A stretch of DNA of 64,000 nt from Adineta vaga. Its lineage: Eukaryota; Animalia; Rotifera. Below are positions 60,769 through 64,000 of the stretch, in pieces. The DNA is taken from positions 8,432,001-8,496,000 of the forward strand of contig CP075494.1 of assembly GCA_021613535.1 (NCBI GenBank). The letters are read 5' to 3'. Below the pieces are notes generated by a model. That model did no database searches. It was given only the letters and a program-made list of their open reading frames with translations, and had not been told where the DNA came from. The stretch's first letter is position 1, and each line of letters starts with the position of its first letter. A program made the translations under genes and the position numbers.

Positions 60769-61695
60769 ATGAACGGCAACTCTGTCGTGTTTGTAATTCT
60801 TACAGCGATTCAAATTCCTTCAGTTTTTTGTGCTATTCAAATTCTTCGATTCGATCGACGAAATAACCCATTAGCACGTTTACCGAATCATCTACTTGTG
60901 TGTCTGTTATTAGTATCAATTTGGACACTTGTTATTGATCTACCATTTACTCAAGCATTTTTATGGTTCGGTTCTGTACCAATTCAAACAACTTCAATGT
61001 GTATTTTTTATAATATATCCTTTTTTAGTATGACCGGATTGAATCGTATGTTAATGGCATTTATGTCGATTGAACGACATTTTCTTGTGTTTCGTTCACA
61101 ACTTTATCATACACATCGTTCACGTGTCCTAGTTCATTATATACCACTTTTAATATTAATATTATTCGTTTTAATGTACTTTATTTTTGTGAATACTTTC
61201 TTGAAATGTACCGATGGAAGCTTTGATTATTCTCGTTTCATGTGTGGTTATACATGTAGCGTTCGTGTACAAGAATTTGGAACAGTTCTTATTTGGGTAT
61301 ATATTTTTCTTCCAACAGCAATAACAACTATTGCCAGTGTATTACTACCAATTCGATTTGTAATTCAAAAACGAACAGCAAATCATTTAGAATGGAATCG
61401 TACACGAAAAATGATTATACATACGAGTGTAATTGCTAGTGCATATATTATTTGTTGGTTTCCATTCATAGTTATTCTCCAGTTATCTATCAATGGAATA
61501 CTATCATTTGATGATTATAATATCATTCAATTTTCTATCTATGGCCCATATGCCACTTCATTATTAACACCATTTATTGTTCAACATACCATACCAGGTT
61601 GGATAAATAAAGAAACGTTCAGACAATTAAAACGTTGGTTGCTTCGAAAACATCAACGTACAGTTCAAGCACAGCCACCTTTGATTGTGCAATAA
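60769..61695 (+). CDS. Intronless class A orphan GPCR, 308 aa
   Basis: Seven TM segments, DLP (TM2), MSIERH (TM3), CWFP (TM6), LLTPF (TM7). Confidence 0.85.
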   Translation: MNGNSVVFVILTAIQIPSVFCAIQILRFDRRNNPLARLPNHLLVCLLLVSIWTLVIDLPFTQAFLWFGSVPIQTTSMCIFYNISFFSMTGLNRMLMAFMSIERHFLVFRSQLYHTHRSRVLVHYIPLLILILFVLMYFIFVNTFLKCTDGSFDYSRFMCGYTCSVRVQEFGTVLIWVYIFLPTAITTIASVLLPIRFVIQKRTANHLEWNRTRKMIIHTSVIASAYIICWFPFIVILQLSINGILSFDDYNIIQFSIYGPYATSLLTPFIVQHTIPGWINKETFRQLKRWLLRKHQRTVQAQPPLIVQ

Positions 61696-62261
61696 TTGAT
61701 GATTGTAGATGGACTACAGGTCATAAGAATGTTCTTGATATAATGCACCTTTTGTCAATTCAATATTCTATGTTCAAGACAGACTTCATCACGTACAGAT
61801 CAAGAACAAAAACAATCTTGTCTGTCATTATTTTATGTTTTCAAATTCAGTTGTAAAAAATTGTGTATTTCAAGCTAGAATTGATTTTGTCACTAAATAT
61901 TGTAGATACCAAAACGAACTGGACACATATAATTCAATGTTTTTGTCAATCCATTCTATTTATAGTATGACATACATTCATAAGAAATCCTTAAAGATAG
62001 CATACTTTTATATTAAGACCTAAGCAAAGGAAATAATTCATTCTTAAGAGAAGACAAATGAAGCGTAACGATGATCATTCGTTCGAATATTTCTATAATT
62101 ATATTTTTGACAACATTCAAAACATACTTCTGTCCACGTGTTCTTTTTCTGGCAATGTATATATGTATATAAGCAATTTTACATGATGCAGATAAGAACA
62201 CATTACTTTTTCTACCTATACACTCGCATGGTTTTTTATTCTTATTTTGAAATTCCAACAA

Positions 62262-63533
62262 ATGAATTTGTCGTCGTCTATTGAAGTACTCCTTTCAAAA
62301 ATCAATGAATTCTCACGAATTAGTTCAATAGATTCCAATGAAACGATAAAATATGCTCTTCGACAATTACTTTCTTATTGGTCGGATGTTCTTGCAGTAG
62401 CTGATCAAGCATCTGATGATGAATTATTTTTCTTGAATACAAGTCGAGCTGTTCTTTCAGAAGTGTTTATTCTTACTTTAGCGAAAGATTGTTTTGACAG
62501 TGATCATTTATTTACTCATGAAATTCTTCGCATTTGTTTTAATCTTCTTATTGATTATATCAATGTTTTTATCGATCAAAATACAACATTTCTCATATCA
62601 AATATATGTTTAATTATGTCAATTTCATCAACATTGACTTCATCAATATTATACACTGATATGAATCTATTTAATGAAAATGAAAATCATTTATTTGAAG
62701 TAATGCGTCAATATATTGATAAGGATTTTACACATGATAATCTAACTGATGGCATTATTTCTTTCGTTTGGAATTTAAGTGATAATACTCTACTTGTTCC
62801 ATTGTTTCTAAAAACAGGTTATGCAAAAAGTCTCATCGACTGGATTCATGTTTGTCAAAAGAAATTTCGAGAAGATAAACAAATCGCTTTATTATCAATT
62901 CTTATCAATATGTTACGACATGATGATGGAATTGATCAATTCAAGACTTTTGATACAATCAATGCTATTGAAAATATACCAATGGATTCAACTAAAATAT
63001 TGGAACGTTCAATGATTGAAATACTTCTATCGGATGTTTATCATATGAAATTAGAATCAATGGAAATTGTCGATGAACTTCTTCGGATAATTATTGCTGC
63101 AGCTGAAGATGCTAAAAATTGTTATGAAGGAACGCATATTAGTGAAGCATTAGCAGTTTTAACAAAATTATTTTTTAATGATAAAATATTACTAGATACT
63201 CTTGGTAAAACTGATATTAACCTACCATCAACAACAAAACATGGAATTATTGAATTTTTTGCATCATTATTGATTAAATTTTATCCAAATTTATCTTTTA
63301 CAAATAATCCATCCGATAATTTTACATGTGTTCTATTATTAAATGTTCTGGAGCTTATTTCCTGTCATAAGGAATATAGACAGATAATTTCTACGAATAA
63401 ATTCTTGATGAAGATTATTGGAAGTGCTGCAAATAATGAAAAAAATTTCAATGATTCATTTATGCCACGAACAATGAAACGTATACAAGAAGCTGCTGTA
63501 GAAATTCAAAAAAATTTAACTAAAAAGAACTAA
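62262..63533 (+). CDS. Intronless ARM/HEAT-like alpha-helical protein of unknown function
   Basis: ~423-aa ORF with ARM-like motifs ISFVWNLSD..LVPLF..G and LSILINMLRHDDGI. Confidence 0.65.
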   Translation: MNLSSSIEVLLSKINEFSRISSIDSNETIKYALRQLLSYWSDVLAVADQASDDELFFLNTSRAVLSEVFILTLAKDCFDSDHLFTHEILRICFNLLIDYINVFIDQNTTFLISNICLIMSISSTLTSSILYTDMNLFNENENHLFEVMRQYIDKDFTHDNLTDGIISFVWNLSDNTLLVPLFLKTGYAKSLIDWIHVCQKKFREDKQIALLSILINMLRHDDGIDQFKTFDTINAIENIPMDSTKILERSMIEILLSDVYHMKLESMEIVDELLRIIIAAAEDAKNCYEGTHISEALAVLTKLFFNDKILLDTLGKTDINLPSTTKHGIIEFFASLLIKFYPNLSFTNNPSDNFTCVLLLNVLELISCHKEYRQIISTNKFLMKIIGSAANNEKNFNDSFMPRTMKRIQEAAVEIQKNLTKKN

Positions 63534-63809
63534 TATTTTTCACTTTTCGTTAGTAATCACACTTGCTAGTAAGTCTGTATGAAAAAAAACATGCTTTGAT
63601 TTACTTTCAAATTAAATATGATAATGTCTTCAATAAATCTAATATTATCACAAATGATGATTCATAGTATTTACCATTTATGACTTTATTTCGACTAATA
63701 TGTTGTCAGAACGCGATTTTTTTTTCTTCCTACTGTGTAATAACATGTTGTTTTACATGTCATCATGCATTTGTGTTGAAACAGTGAAGAACGTTAGACG
63801 TCCCAAAAG

Positions 63810-64000
63810 ATGACGTCTGTTGCTTCACTTGAGAAACATTATGCTGAAATAGCTGCAAAAACAGCTGCAGCAATAGCAGCTGAAGGACCACCGCACAATA
63901 TTTTGAGCGAACCAATAATTCAAAATTCGCTTCCTCAACTACCACGCTATATACCACCGCCACCAATCGATCGCTTTGGCATGTTCGCGAACCGAATGGC
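63810..64000 (+). CDS. 5' part of an unknown protein, open at the window edge
   Basis: MTSVASLEKHYAEIAAKTAAAIAAEGPPHNILSEPIIQNSLPQLPRYIPPPPIDRFGMFANRM..., higher GC than the flanks, no stop before the window ends. Confidence 0.5.
   Translation, partial: MTSVASLEKHYAEIAAKTAAAIAAEGPPHNILSEPIIQNSLPQLPRYIPPPPIDRFGMFANRM

Noticed and set aside
63763-63966. 67-aa minus-strand ORF
   Set aside because: The plus-strand ATG-initiated frame from 63810 is the more plausible coding frame.

Overview
AT-rich eukaryotic (animal) genomic DNA with dense genes and many ~50-65 bp GT-AG introns. Gene content and style suggest a bdelloid rotifer (inference). From left to right: three tandem intronless rhodopsin-like GPCRs (the first frameshifted), tRNA-Asn(GTT), a zeta-crystallin/quinone oxidoreductase whose 1.8-kb intron is filled by an antisense Slob/PXK-like pseudokinase-WH2 gene, a GPCR, an RS-rich Cys-domain membrane protein, a K40-less alpha-tubulin, an ABCC4-like exporter, Robo, a Cys-type selenoprotein-P N-domain homologue, adducin, a head-only adducin paralog, a GPCR fragment, a tightly packed cyclin T-DPH2-KLHDC10 cluster, a TPR-less KDM6, an NR2C (TR2/TR4) nuclear receptor, a GPCR, an ARM-like protein and a partial ORF. 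The most striking structure is in the adducin locus. Its 6.8-kb intron, just before the MARCKS-tail exons, holds two same-strand giant exons (~1765 aa together) carrying about 16 copies of an unrecognised helix-plus-beta-strand repeat and an RVxF motif. This is either a giant adducin isoform or a nested gene. Several single-base frameshifts in otherwise intact genes suggest assembly indels.
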